The position numbers and the translations under genes are program-made. Shown piece by piece: positions 27,395-37,114 of a stretch of 64,000 bases of DNA. Location: assembly GCA_031411295.1 (NCBI GenBank), contig JANOAV010000157.1:32001-96000 (forward strand), in the 5' to 3' direction. This stretch comes from Verrucomicrobiales bacterium. Its GTDB lineage: Bacteria; Verrucomicrobiota; Verrucomicrobiia; Verrucomicrobiales; V1-33. Position 1 is the stretch's first letter. The number at the start of each line of letters is the position of its first letter. Below the pieces are notes generated by a model that saw only the letters and a list, made by a program, of their open reading frames with translations, did not search any database and had not been told where the DNA came from.

Positions 27395-30157
27395 ATGTCT
27401 GCTATTTCCGCCCGTCTCAATTTATCACTGCTCGAAGCCAACTACGAACTGTGGAAGTCCGATGCTGCCCGTGTCGATGGGGCTTGGAACGCTTTTTTCG
27501 AGGGTTTTGAGCTGGGCTTGCAGCGTCTGGGTTCCGAGACCACCACCGCCGCCGGAGAGCCTTCCGGCAGCCTTTCCCCGGACGACGTTGCCTTCCGGGC
27601 CAAGGTGCTGCAACTGATCGAGACCTACCGCCGCCAAGGGCATGTAGGCGCTTGGCTGGATCCCCTGACGGGCGCACCCGCCCTTCCCACAGAATTGCAA
27701 CTAAACACCCTGGGAATAACCGAAGGCGATTTACAACGGGAGATCGTTACGCAGTTCTATGCGGACGGGCGCCCGATGAAATTAGGGCAGGCGTGGGCCG
27801 AGCTGAAAGCCACGTATTGCAGCTATGTCGGCTTCGAATACGCCTACATCCAGACCGCCGAGGTCAAGGAATGGCTGCGCAAAAGAATCGAGGCCCCGGT
27901 GGCGGCCAACACTTCCGCCCAAGCGGCCTCAGCCTTGCGTTCGGTTATGGAAGGCGCCTACTTTGAGCGTTTCCTGCATGCCAAATATGTCGGTCAAAAG
28001 CGCTTCTCCATGGAAGGAGGAGAATCGGTGATGGTGGCCTTGAATACCATTTTGGAATCAGGCGCGGAAGGCCCCATGGAAGAAATCATCATGGGCATGG
28101 CTCACCGGGGTCGGCTCACCGTGCTGGCAAATTTCCTCCAGAAGCCACTCAAGGTTTTGCTGAATGAATTCAGTGAAAACTTCGTGCCAGATCTCGTCGC
28201 TGGCGATGGCGATGTGAAGTATCATCTGGGTTATGAAATCAAGCGCCCCACCGCGGCGGGCAAGGAAGTCAAGATCATCCTGGCCCCTAATCCCAGCCAC
28301 CTCGAAGCGGTGAATCCCGTGGTGGAAGGCAACGCCCGGGCACGCCAACGGGCCTTGGGTGATAGTGTGGAGCGCAATCGCGTGCTCCCCGTGCTACTCC
28401 ATGGCGATGCCGCCTTCGCTGGTCAGGGCATGGTGGCGGAAACGCTCAATTTATCCCAACTCAAAGGATATCGCACGGGCGGCACCATTCATATTATCAT
28501 CAATAACCAGATCGGCTTCACCACCAGTCCCGCCGATGCCCGCTCCAGTCGCTACTGCACGGACGTGGCTAAAATGATCGACGCTCCCGTCTTCCATGTA
28601 AATGGTGATGAACCGCTGGAAGTGATGCGCGTCACGAAACTGGCCTTGGACTTCCGTCAACAGTTCAAGAGCGATGTCATCATCGACATGGTATGCTATC
28701 GTCGCCACGGCCACAATGAAGGTGATGAACCCGCCTTCACGCAGCCTGACATGATGAAGGCGATCCGCGCCCAAGTCCCGGTGGACAAGAAATTCAGCGC
28801 AGATGCCGTGGCCGCCGGACTGCTGACGGAAGCGCAAGTCGCAGAAATTTCCACCAGCGTGCAGGCCCGGTTGGAACAAGAATACGCCGATCTCCAAAAA
28901 ATGCAGAAGCGCGGCAAAGGGTCGATGCGCGATGTCTTCGCGGAATCCACCGCCGTCTTCCAACCGGAATACTCCCACGAACCGGTCCTGACGGGCATCC
29001 CAGCCGAGCGCCTGCGCGAACTGGGCATGAAGATCACCGAAGTCCCCACAGGCTTCCGCATCCATCCCAGAGTCCAGACTACGGTAGCGGATCGACGGCG
29101 TGCCGCCACCGTTGCTGGTGGCCCCTACGACTGGTCGCATGCCGAACATCTGGCCTTCGCCAGTTTGCTCACGGATGGAATTCCAGTGCGACTCAGTGGC
29201 CAGGATTGCCGCCGCGGCACCTTCAGCCAGCGCCATTCCGTCTTCTACGATACCGAAACCCGCGAGCGCTACATTCCGCTGCAAAATCTCAGCCCAGAGC
29301 AGGCCCGGTTCTGCGTTTACAATAGTTTCCTCAGCGAGAATGCCGTGTTAGGATTCGACTACGGCTACAGCCTCATGTCACCCCAAATGTTGATTTGCTG
29401 GGAGGCGCAGTTTGGAGATTTCGCCAACGGATGCCAGGTCATCATCGATCAATTTATCGTTAGCGCTGAATCCAAATGGCAGAAGCCCAGCAGCATTGTG
29501 CTGCTGCTGCCGCATGGTTACGAAGGCCAGGGACCGGAGCATTCCAGCGCGCGTCTGGAGCGGTTCCTGCAACTCTGTGCGGAGTGCAATATCCAAGTCT
29601 GCAACCTCACCACCCCCGCCCAGTATTTCCATGCGCTGCGTCGCCAAGTGAATCGTCCTTTCCGCAAGCCCATGGTCATCATGACTCCGAAGAGCCTGCT
29701 GCGGGATAAACTGGCCGTGAGCACCGAGGCAGATTTCACCGATGGTTCCAGTTTCCAAGAAGTCCTAGACGATCCCGGTCTGCTCGCCAAACCCAATCGC
29801 ATCCAACGCCTCGTCTTCTGCACCGGGAAAGTTTACTACGACCTCATGCAGTATCGCAACGAGCACAAGATCAAGAACACCGCCATCATCCGCATTGAGC
29901 AATTGTATCCCTGGAACGAGGAACTGCTCAGCGAGATCATCGCCCGCTATCCCGCCACGGATAAGAAATTTATCTGGTGTCAGGAAGAACCGCAAAACAT
30001 GGGAGCGTGGAATTTCGTCTCGGATCGCATGGAGAAAATTGCGGACACGAAACTTCGCTATGCTGGACGCGAGCGGGCAGCCAGCCCTGCCGTGGGGTCC
30101 AAAACCATGCATGACAAAGCGCAGGCCATGGTCGTCGCGAGTGCATTTGAGAAATAG
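27395..30157 (+). CDS. sucA: 2-oxoglutarate dehydrogenase E1 component
   Basis: GQKRFSMEG, GMAHRGRL, GDVKYHLG, HGDAAFAGQG and EGQGPEHSSARLERFLQLC; start ATG at 27395 inferred. Confidence 0.97.
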   Translation: MSAISARLNLSLLEANYELWKSDAARVDGAWNAFFEGFELGLQRLGSETTTAAGEPSGSLSPDDVAFRAKVLQLIETYRRQGHVGAWLDPLTGAPALPTELQLNTLGITEGDLQREIVTQFYADGRPMKLGQAWAELKATYCSYVGFEYAYIQTAEVKEWLRKRIEAPVAANTSAQAASALRSVMEGAYFERFLHAKYVGQKRFSMEGGESVMVALNTILESGAEGPMEEIIMGMAHRGRLTVLANFLQKPLKVLLNEFSENFVPDLVAGDGDVKYHLGYEIKRPTAAGKEVKIILAPNPSHLEAVNPVVEGNARARQRALGDSVERNRVLPVLLHGDAAFAGQGMVAETLNLSQLKGYRTGGTIHIIINNQIGFTTSPADARSSRYCTDVAKMIDAPVFHVNGDEPLEVMRVTKLALDFRQQFKSDVIIDMVCYRRHGHNEGDEPAFTQPDMMKAIRAQVPVDKKFSADAVAAGLLTEAQVAEISTSVQARLEQEYADLQKMQKRGKGSMRDVFAESTAVFQPEYSHEPVLTGIPAERLRELGMKITEVPTGFRIHPRVQTTVADRRRAATVAGGPYDWSHAEHLAFASLLTDGIPVRLSGQDCRRGTFSQRHSVFYDTETRERYIPLQNLSPEQARFCVYNSFLSENAVLGFDYGYSLMSPQMLICWEAQFGDFANGCQVIIDQFIVSAESKWQKPSSIVLLLPHGYEGQGPEHSSARLERFLQLCAECNIQVCNLTTPAQYFHALRRQVNRPFRKPMVIMTPKSLLRDKLAVSTEADFTDGSSFQEVLDDPGLLAKPNRIQRLVFCTGKVYYDLMQYRNEHKIKNTAIIRIEQLYPWNEELLSEIIARYPATDKKFIWCQEEPQNMGAWNFVSDRMEKIADTKLRYAGRERAASPAVGSKTMHDKAQAMVVASAFEK

Positions 30158-30159
30158 CC

Positions 30160-31200
30160 ATGCCGCTTATGATTGATCTCCGCAGCGATACGGTGACCCG
30201 ACCCACGGCAGCCATGCGCGCGGCCATGATGGCAGCACCGGTGGGTGATGATGTCTTCGGGGATGATCCCACGGTGAACGCCTTGCAGGAAACCATCGCT
30301 GCGCGTCTGGGATTTGCGGCCGGTTTGTTCTGCCCCACTGGCACCCAGAGCAATCTCTGCGCACTGATGGCCCATTGCGGCCGCGGGGATGAATACCTGG
30401 TGGGACAGGAGGCCCACACCTATAAATACGAAGGCGGAGGAGCCGCGGTCCTGGGGAGCATTCAACCGCAGCCGATTGAGAATGCCCCAGATGGCTCGCT
30501 GCCGTTGGAAAAAATCGCAGCGGCCATCAAAGCGGATGATATCCATTATGCCAGGACGCGATTGCTTGCCCTGGAAAACACCATCGGAGGCAAAGTGCTC
30601 CCTCCGGAAGTGGTTAGGGACACGGTGTCTTTGGCTCGGAAACACGGGCTGGCGACCCACTTGGACGGTGCGCGTTTCTACAATGCAGCCGTGGCCTCCA
30701 GCGGTGATCAGATTTCTCTGGCGGACGCGGAGCGGGAATTGGCGGAAGGTTTCGACAGCGTATCCATCTGTCTGAGTAAAGGCTTGGGCACCCCCGCAGG
30801 ATCAGTTCTTTTGGGATCCAGCGATCTGATTCACCGAGCCATCCGGATTCGGAAAATGCTGGGCGGCGGCATGCGGCAGTCGGGGATTCTGGCCGCGGCT
30901 GGACTCCATGCGCTGGAGCATCACGTCGCCAGATTGGCGGAGGATCATCGCCATGCCGCATTGCTAACAGAGCTGCTCAAAGCGATCCCGGCCTTGGATG
31001 GAAGCGTAGAGGGTCCGCACACCAACATTCTTTTCGTGAAGATTCCGCACGAGAAACTCGCTTCCTTAACCGCGTTCCTTAAAGCACGTGACATCCTGAT
31101 CTTCCCCTCGGTTCGACTTCGCCTTGTAACTCATTTGGGGATTGATGCGGATGGCATCGAACGGACGGCGGCGGCTTTTGCCGAGTTTTTCAAGGATTGA
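30160..31200 (+). CDS. ltaE: Low-specificity L-threonine aldolase
   Basis: IDLRSDTVT, GTQSN, HLDGAR, SICLSKGLG and GGGMRQ motifs. Confidence 0.95.
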   Translation: MPLMIDLRSDTVTRPTAAMRAAMMAAPVGDDVFGDDPTVNALQETIAARLGFAAGLFCPTGTQSNLCALMAHCGRGDEYLVGQEAHTYKYEGGGAAVLGSIQPQPIENAPDGSLPLEKIAAAIKADDIHYARTRLLALENTIGGKVLPPEVVRDTVSLARKHGLATHLDGARFYNAAVASSGDQISLADAERELAEGFDSVSICLSKGLGTPAGSVLLGSSDLIHRAIRIRKMLGGGMRQSGILAAAGLHALEHHVARLAEDHRHAALLTELLKAIPALDGSVEGPHTNILFVKIPHEKLASLTAFLKARDILIFPSVRLRLVTHLGIDADGIERTAAAFAEFFKD

Positions 31201-31208
31201 ATTCTTAG

Positions 31209-33152
31209 TTAGCGTTCCGCAAAGCTCAGGGATTGTTCCATCCACGTGTCGGCTTCGAGGACTTGCGTGCGTTGCCGGTAGGCTTGGCGTTGGGCTTTGG
31301 ATTGGGCCACGTTGAATGCAATAGCCCGCAGGCTGGGGATGCGATGGAGGAGCTTTCGGATCGGGGCCGGGGTGTATTTGCGGATCAACTCATCTTCCAG
31401 ACTAGCAAAGGATTCGGATGCTCCCGGATCGCCTTGGCGGGCGCAGCGGCCGATGAGTTGGCGGTCCACCCGACCGGACTCGTGGCGCTCCACTGCGATG
31501 ACGCAGAGGCCACCAGCAGTGGCCACGCCTGCGCCCAACTTGATGTCGGTGCCACGTCCAGCCATGTTCGTGGCGATGGTGACTTGGCCCGGTTGACCTG
31601 CCAGGGAGATGATGATGGCCTCTTCTTGAATGCGGGTGGCATTGAGAACTTGAGGCGCGATTCCTTCCGCCCGCAGCAGCGCTGCCAGTTCTTCGCTGGC
31701 TTGCACGGTGCGAGTGCCGACGAGGATCGGACGACCGGTGGCGTGGATGGCCACGACCCGTCTTACAATCGCCTGCATTTTCTCCGCCACTGTGGGGAAA
31801 ATTTGCTGCGGGGCGGAGTCGCGAATACAGGGCCGATGGGTGGGAATGCGGACGACGGGCACGGAATAGACGCGCCAGAATTCCCCGGCCGCTTCCTGCG
31901 CGGTGCCGGTCATGCCGCTGAGTTGGTGGTAGAGGCGGAAGAATTTTTGGAAACTAATGCGTGCGACGGTTTCGGTGGGCGCAGTGATTTCCAGCCCCTG
32001 GGCAGCCTCCACGGCTTGGTGCAGGCCCATGCGCCAAGTGCGATCCGCCATGGGACGTCCGGTGAATTCATCGACGATCACAATTTTACCGTCGTTGATC
32101 GTGAACTGTTGTCCTGGGTGATAATATTCTCTGGCCACTAACGCCTGCCGCAGCAACTCCGCACTGCGATCTCTCATGCGCCAGATTCCAGTTAGCGATT
32201 CCGTGCTCTGGGTGATAAGTGCTTCTCCAGCGGCAGTGAATTCAATGTCACGATACCGTGGGTTGGTGCGATAGTGGACGTTTGCTTGAAATGGACCGCA
32301 AAGCGTCTGCGCCATTACCACGGCCTCACGCAAGCTGTCGTTAGGGTGGCGGGCGGAAATGATGAGCGGAGTCACCGCTTCGTCAATCAAGAGACTATCC
32401 GCTTCATCCACGATGGCGAAATGCAGGCCACGCATCACTCGCTGGTGACTGGAGCCGCTCCGGGAATTCTGCAGCAGCGAACGGAGCATTTGTTGCGCTG
32501 GATTCAGCTGGACTCTCAGTTGCAGTTGATCCCGCAGGAAATCGGCCGCCATTTCCTTGCTGGTGCCATAAGTGATATCGGCGGCATAGGCCTCCTGACG
32601 CTGCTGGGGCCCCATTTCACCAGTAACGTGGCCTACGGTGAGTCCGCAGAATTCGTAAAGTGGCCGCAGGAAATCAGCGTCCCGGGCCACGAGGTAATCA
32701 TTCACGGTGATGACATGGCAGGGCCGGCCGCGCCAAGCGATGAGGGTTGCTGCGATGCCGGCCGTGAGCGTTTTTCCTTCACCGGTGGCCATTTCTGCAA
32801 GGTGTCCTCGGGCCAGGGTTAGGGCGCCCAGAAGTTGCACGGGAAAAGGATCCAGTCCCAACGTGCGTTTGGCGGCTTCCGCAATGGCCGCTAGTGGTCG
32901 CAGTAGGGCGGAGTCGGTGGCGGCGGGGCGACGACGGATGGAGGCTTTGAGTTGCCTGAGTTCAGCCTGCAAGGCCGCTGGGGAAAGATCCCTGAAATCC
33001 ACTCGCATGGCATCGGCCTGCTGCGCATCATCGTTTAGGGAACGGAAGACAGCCTTGCGGCGGCGGTATCTACCGATCCACTGGTGCACCACCAAATCCA
33101 ATCCTTTGGGGAGGGGCTCGGGCAAACGCGGGCGTTCAGGCAAGCGGCTCAT
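31209..33152 (-). CDS. Secondary, C-terminally truncated SecA-like (SecA_DEAD) ATPase
   Basis: EMATGEGKT, VITVNDYL, IVDEADSLLIDEA, GMTGTA, ATNMAGRGTDI and QLIGRCARQGDPG. About 647 aa, ending soon after motif VI. ATG at 33152 overlaps the upstream stop (ATGA). Confidence 0.92.
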   Translation of the reverse strand: MSRLPERPRLPEPLPKGLDLVVHQWIGRYRRRKAVFRSLNDDAQQADAMRVDFRDLSPAALQAELRQLKASIRRRPAATDSALLRPLAAIAEAAKRTLGLDPFPVQLLGALTLARGHLAEMATGEGKTLTAGIAATLIAWRGRPCHVITVNDYLVARDADFLRPLYEFCGLTVGHVTGEMGPQQRQEAYAADITYGTSKEMAADFLRDQLQLRVQLNPAQQMLRSLLQNSRSGSSHQRVMRGLHFAIVDEADSLLIDEAVTPLIISARHPNDSLREAVVMAQTLCGPFQANVHYRTNPRYRDIEFTAAGEALITQSTESLTGIWRMRDRSAELLRQALVAREYYHPGQQFTINDGKIVIVDEFTGRPMADRTWRMGLHQAVEAAQGLEITAPTETVARISFQKFFRLYHQLSGMTGTAQEAAGEFWRVYSVPVVRIPTHRPCIRDSAPQQIFPTVAEKMQAIVRRVVAIHATGRPILVGTRTVQASEELAALLRAEGIAPQVLNATRIQEEAIIISLAGQPGQVTIATNMAGRGTDIKLGAGVATAGGLCVIAVERHESGRVDRQLIGRCARQGDPGASESFASLEDELIRKYTPAPIRKLLHRIPSLRAIAFNVAQSKAQRQAYRQRTQVLEADTWMEQSLSFAER

Positions 33153-35299
33153 AGGCGATAACGCTGCAAGAGAAATTGCCGCAAGCGATTGATCCAACGC
33201 GGCAGCAGCGGTTCTGAGCCGGTCCGGAAACGCAACACGCCCAGTTGTCCGTGCCTCAGCGCTGCGCCTGCGGCGGCGGGGAGTTTCGTGCGGATGAGGT
33301 AAAATGGTTCCGAGGCGTGGCGGCCGGAAGCGTCATCCGAACGGACGGGAATCTCCCCCTGGCCGCGCGTTCCCAACATGAGTGAGGGCAATTGACTGCG
33401 GCCGCCGGGCAGGATTTTCCAGTCACTGCCAGGCACGGTGAACTCGGCCTGACCAGCAATTTTGATCTCGACCTCGGTTAGCGGCGTGGTGAATAATCGA
33501 TCCGCATCGGTCTGCAGCACGGCCGCCACTAATTCATAGTCGTCATCCTGCGTGATGATCCCGAGGGATGTGCCGCGGGCGAGGAATAATCCTTTCAGCG
33601 GGGTCGAGGGCAGGAAACTCCAGCTTCCGGCGGCATGTGCGCGCACCGTGAGGGCGGCGTGATCTCGGTCCAATTCTTCCTGTTGCTGCCGGGCTGCAAG
33701 GAGTCGCTTTTCGAGCGGATCAATGGCCGCAGGGTCTTTGCTGCGAGCCATGAGGATGCGTGCTTCCAACTCATCAATCTGAGCTGCGGAGCGCAGCAGG
33801 GAGGCCTCCATGAGCGCATTGTCCAGTTCCAGGAGCACCGTGTTTTCCTCCGTGGTTTGCCCTGGCAGGGACGACATGGATTTAACGACTCCCGGGGCTC
33901 CGGTTACGATTTCCCGAAAGTGCACTGCCTGCACCACGCCTTGGGCTCGGAAATAAGAGGGAAATGGCAGGTAGCCGAAAAAGAGCAACCCTGCTGCGGC
34001 CAATCCTAACGTGGTGAGCCAGGCGCGGGGTCGCACGCGATCCAGCTCCGGGCTTTGGGCCAAATAGCGGATCAAGCGCACGATGGGCGTGATGATCCAG
34101 GAAATCAGACACACCGCCGCCATGATGAGGCCCAGGATGAGAAATTGATCCGCCACGAGCAAGAGCACGCCCGCAAAAACGAAGACGCGATAGATGCCGC
34201 TGAGAATTCCAAACCAAGTCAGGATCTTGCGTTCCCTGGGCTCCGGGCTGGGACTGACGGATTTACGCAGGCCGAACACATGGTATTTCCAGAGATGCTT
34301 CAACTGCTGCGTGGCGCGCTGGTTGAGATTGGGGATGTCCAGCAGATCGCTCAGAATGTAATAGCCATCGAAGCGCAAGAGCGGATTCAGATTGAACATC
34401 AGCGTGGAAATCGAAGCCACGAACATGATGTTATAACACACCGAATGAAAGGCGCCCGGTCCACTGCGGGCCCAGATTTGCGCGGCCACCGCGGCCAGCC
34501 CGAGTTCTACAATCATGCCGGCGGATGAAATCAACATGCGCTCTTTGCGGCTGCGCAGACTCCAACTAGAGGTCACATCGACATAAGGGACGGGCGTAAA
34601 AATCAGCAGCATCACGCCCAAGGTGTGCACTTGGCCGCCATATTTTTTACAGAAGATACCGTGTCCCAACTCGTGGAGCACCTTGGCCAGGATCAATCCC
34701 ACGTAGAGCAGGAAGAGATTCTCCGGGGCCACGATGCCCTTGCCTTCGGCCAGCAGTTTGGGCCAGTGATCAATGACGACTTTGATTCCGGCCCCGACGA
34801 GGATCAGCCAGAGCAAAGCTCCGCAGCGCCCCATCAGTTTCCCCACCCATGGCAACATGCGGGTTAGCCAGCGGTCAGGATCCACCAACGGGATGCGCGC
34901 GAACATGATGCCTAACAGCCGGGCCTTGAGTTCGCGCTCTTTGCGCACGGTCTGGCGACGAAATAATTCCGCTGCATCGGATGCAATATCGTAGTGCAGG
35001 AGGTTCGCTTGATACACTTGGGATAACAATCGAATGCATTCCTGCTGGCCGGGGGCGGAGTCTGGAAAGCGCTCCAGACATTGTTGCCAGACCTCTGCCA
35101 CGGTGTGATCCGGGCCCAGTCGTATGAGGAAATCATACGCGGCTGGCCGAATGCGGAAGAAGTGGTTCGTGAGTGGATCTTCCACGACATACCAGCGTTC
35201 GCCCCGGAAATTCTGCCTTCGCAAAATCACGTCCGGCCGCAGGCGCAAGCGCTGCTGCGCGAGGCGATGCCAGGATTCGCTGAAGGTTGTATTTTCCAT
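33149..35299 (-). CDS. Fusion: PqqD-like N-terminal domain + M50 (site-2 protease-like) membrane metallopeptidase + HlyD/MFP-like C-terminal domain
   Basis: HELGH and NLNPLLRFDGY motifs within a multi-TM region; N-terminal WYVVEDP..FFRI...LLSQVYQANLL; C-terminal lipoyl-like and coiled-coil segment. Confidence 0.85.
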   Translation of the reverse strand: MENTTFSESWHRLAQQRLRLRPDVILRRQNFRGERWYVVEDPLTNHFFRIRPAAYDFLIRLGPDHTVAEVWQQCLERFPDSAPGQQECIRLLSQVYQANLLHYDIASDAAELFRRQTVRKERELKARLLGIMFARIPLVDPDRWLTRMLPWVGKLMGRCGALLWLILVGAGIKVVIDHWPKLLAEGKGIVAPENLFLLYVGLILAKVLHELGHGIFCKKYGGQVHTLGVMLLIFTPVPYVDVTSSWSLRSRKERMLISSAGMIVELGLAAVAAQIWARSGPGAFHSVCYNIMFVASISTLMFNLNPLLRFDGYYILSDLLDIPNLNQRATQQLKHLWKYHVFGLRKSVSPSPEPRERKILTWFGILSGIYRVFVFAGVLLLVADQFLILGLIMAAVCLISWIITPIVRLIRYLAQSPELDRVRPRAWLTTLGLAAAGLLFFGYLPFPSYFRAQGVVQAVHFREIVTGAPGVVKSMSSLPGQTTEENTVLLELDNALMEASLLRSAAQIDELEARILMARSKDPAAIDPLEKRLLAARQQQEELDRDHAALTVRAHAAGSWSFLPSTPLKGLFLARGTSLGIITQDDDYELVAAVLQTDADRLFTTPLTEVEIKIAGQAEFTVPGSDWKILPGGRSQLPSLMLGTRGQGEIPVRSDDASGRHASEPFYLIRTKLPAAAGAALRHGQLGVLRFRTGSEPLLPRWINRLRQFLLQRYRL

Positions 35300-35311
35300 G
35301 AGTGCGCGCGG

Positions 35312-37114
35312 TTACCACCAAAATTTCAGGCGCAGAAAATCGATCGTGCGATGCGTTAGCACCCAGAGCAGCGATTTGCGGCCCGCCTCGAGTTTGCAAA
35401 TTCCACTCATGCCGGGACGATACCAATCCCGCTCGGCACTTTGGAAATTGGCCTTCCCGGAAAAGGCATGCACGCCATCTTTCTCAATGGCTGCCGGGAC
35501 GACGAAGTCCACTTTAATGGGCACGCGGTCATCGGGTTGGCTCACGAATGCGGCTTCGCCCAGGGAGCCAGCAGTAACGAAATGAGCGTCGCGTTCGTCG
35601 AGTTGGAACTCCACATAGAGCTGACCCAGTTGCGCGATGCGAAACAAGGCATCGCCTTGTTTGACCGGGGAGTTGAGACGCTCTTTAAGTTCACCTTCGA
35701 CGATCACACCGGCAATGGGCGACTTCACTTCCGCTTGCGCGAGTTGGAATCGGATCACCTCCAGTTTGGCCTGAGCCTGGCGCGCCATTGCTTCAGCAAT
35801 GCGCATTTCCGCTGGGGCCTTGGACGCACGCGCTTTGTCGGCTTCGCTGCGGAACCGATCCAGTTCAGCCTTGGCGGAACTTTCCTCGACCCGCAACGGT
35901 TCCACATCCAACTGCAACATGGGTTGCCCGGTCGTGACGTGGTCCCCGGCTTCCACGTGGACGGCCTTGATGAATCCTTCAAAGGGGGACGTTAGGGTGG
36001 CAGCTTGATCACTGCGGAGCAGAAACGTTCCTTCCACGCGATAGTCCACGGTCCAGAACAACAACACCGCCAGCAGCGTGGTGATGAGCAAGGCGACGAG
36101 TTTCGTCATCGTGTGCCGCGGCCCGAGGATGCCGGCGGCTCGTTCTTGCAAGCTTTGCCACAGTCTGCCACCCCACCAACGATCGTGTTGGCGCAGCAGA
36201 ATCAGCCTGGGAGTAGTCGCATCCAAACTCAGCCGGAGGGCTCCGACTTCTGCTGCGGTAAATTCCCGGGCGATTCGTTCGCAGGTGAGGGCTCCGACTA
36301 ACTTAGTTTCTCCGCGCAACGGAAGCGAGAGTAAATGAGAGCATTGCGTGGCGGTGGCGAGGGCGGCATGATCCTGCGTGACCGCAGGAGCGGACTGCTC
36401 GACGGCGGGAAGGACGATTTCTTCGTCCTGATCCAGACACTCGTCCATGGCGGCTTCGATGCGCTGCACCAGTTCCATTTTCCGATCGAATTCCTCTGTG
36501 CGGCTCATGGCTTGGAGCCGACAGTAGCCGCCTTCATGCCAGCCGAAGCTGACGCGGTCGCACTGGAAATGAGTCGCCAGCGCATTGCAGAGCGCCAGGG
36601 CGGATCCACCGAAACGCGAGGTGGCATTGGCCACTAACAATGCGTCCAGGACTTGCGTGAGCTTGGCCACATCCGCCTCGACCTTGTGCAGTGTGTGTGT
36701 CGCCTCGTAAGCCACGGGTAAGGCGGCCAGGGCGCGGGCTTGCTCCCCAAGTTCGTGGGCGGCCGCGGTGCTGGGAGCAATGAGCATCAGCAGGCACCGC
36801 TCCCCGGCTTGGGAAGTGGGGATTTCGGTTAACGCAATGGGTTCATCTTCCGATTGCTCGGCCAACTCTGGCGCTCGACGCAGCAAGCCCTGGGCGGTTT
36901 CTCTCGCTTGCACCGAGGAACCCCGCAAGGCAGAGGCGACGACGCGCCAAGGCTCGTCATTTCTCCGAAATAACACGGCCGCTCCCGTCGCCACCGTGGC
37001 CTTCAAGGTCAAGGTTACGAAACGCTGCCAGAATTCCCGGGGCGCTAACGCTTGTTGGTTGAGGCGCGTCAATTCCTCCCAAGCCGATCCACGATCCTCT
37101 GACGCGCTGCTCAT
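35312..37114 (-). CDS. GAF domain + HlyD-family membrane fusion protein
   Basis: CDRVSFG..AMDECLDQ..LSLPLR..VGALTCER (GAF), a TM helix, then SPFEGFI..V.AGD.V..GQ, a coiled coil and SPIAGVI. Confidence 0.85.
   Translation of the reverse strand: MSSASEDRGSAWEELTRLNQQALAPREFWQRFVTLTLKATVATGAAVLFRRNDEPWRVVASALRGSSVQARETAQGLLRRAPELAEQSEDEPIALTEIPTSQAGERCLLMLIAPSTAAAHELGEQARALAALPVAYEATHTLHKVEADVAKLTQVLDALLVANATSRFGGSALALCNALATHFQCDRVSFGWHEGGYCRLQAMSRTEEFDRKMELVQRIEAAMDECLDQDEEIVLPAVEQSAPAVTQDHAALATATQCSHLLSLPLRGETKLVGALTCERIAREFTAAEVGALRLSLDATTPRLILLRQHDRWWGGRLWQSLQERAAGILGPRHTMTKLVALLITTLLAVLLFWTVDYRVEGTFLLRSDQAATLTSPFEGFIKAVHVEAGDHVTTGQPMLQLDVEPLRVEESSAKAELDRFRSEADKARASKAPAEMRIAEAMARQAQAKLEVIRFQLAQAEVKSPIAGVIVEGELKERLNSPVKQGDALFRIAQLGQLYVEFQLDERDAHFVTAGSLGEAAFVSQPDDRVPIKVDFVVPAAIEKDGVHAFSGKANFQSAERDWYRPGMSGICKLEAGRKSLLWVLTHRTIDFLRLKFWW

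Noticed and set aside
31209..33152. Housekeeping secA or SecA2/SecY2 accessory system
   Set aside because: Too short, embedded in a TolC/MFP operon, and no secY2 or asp genes present.
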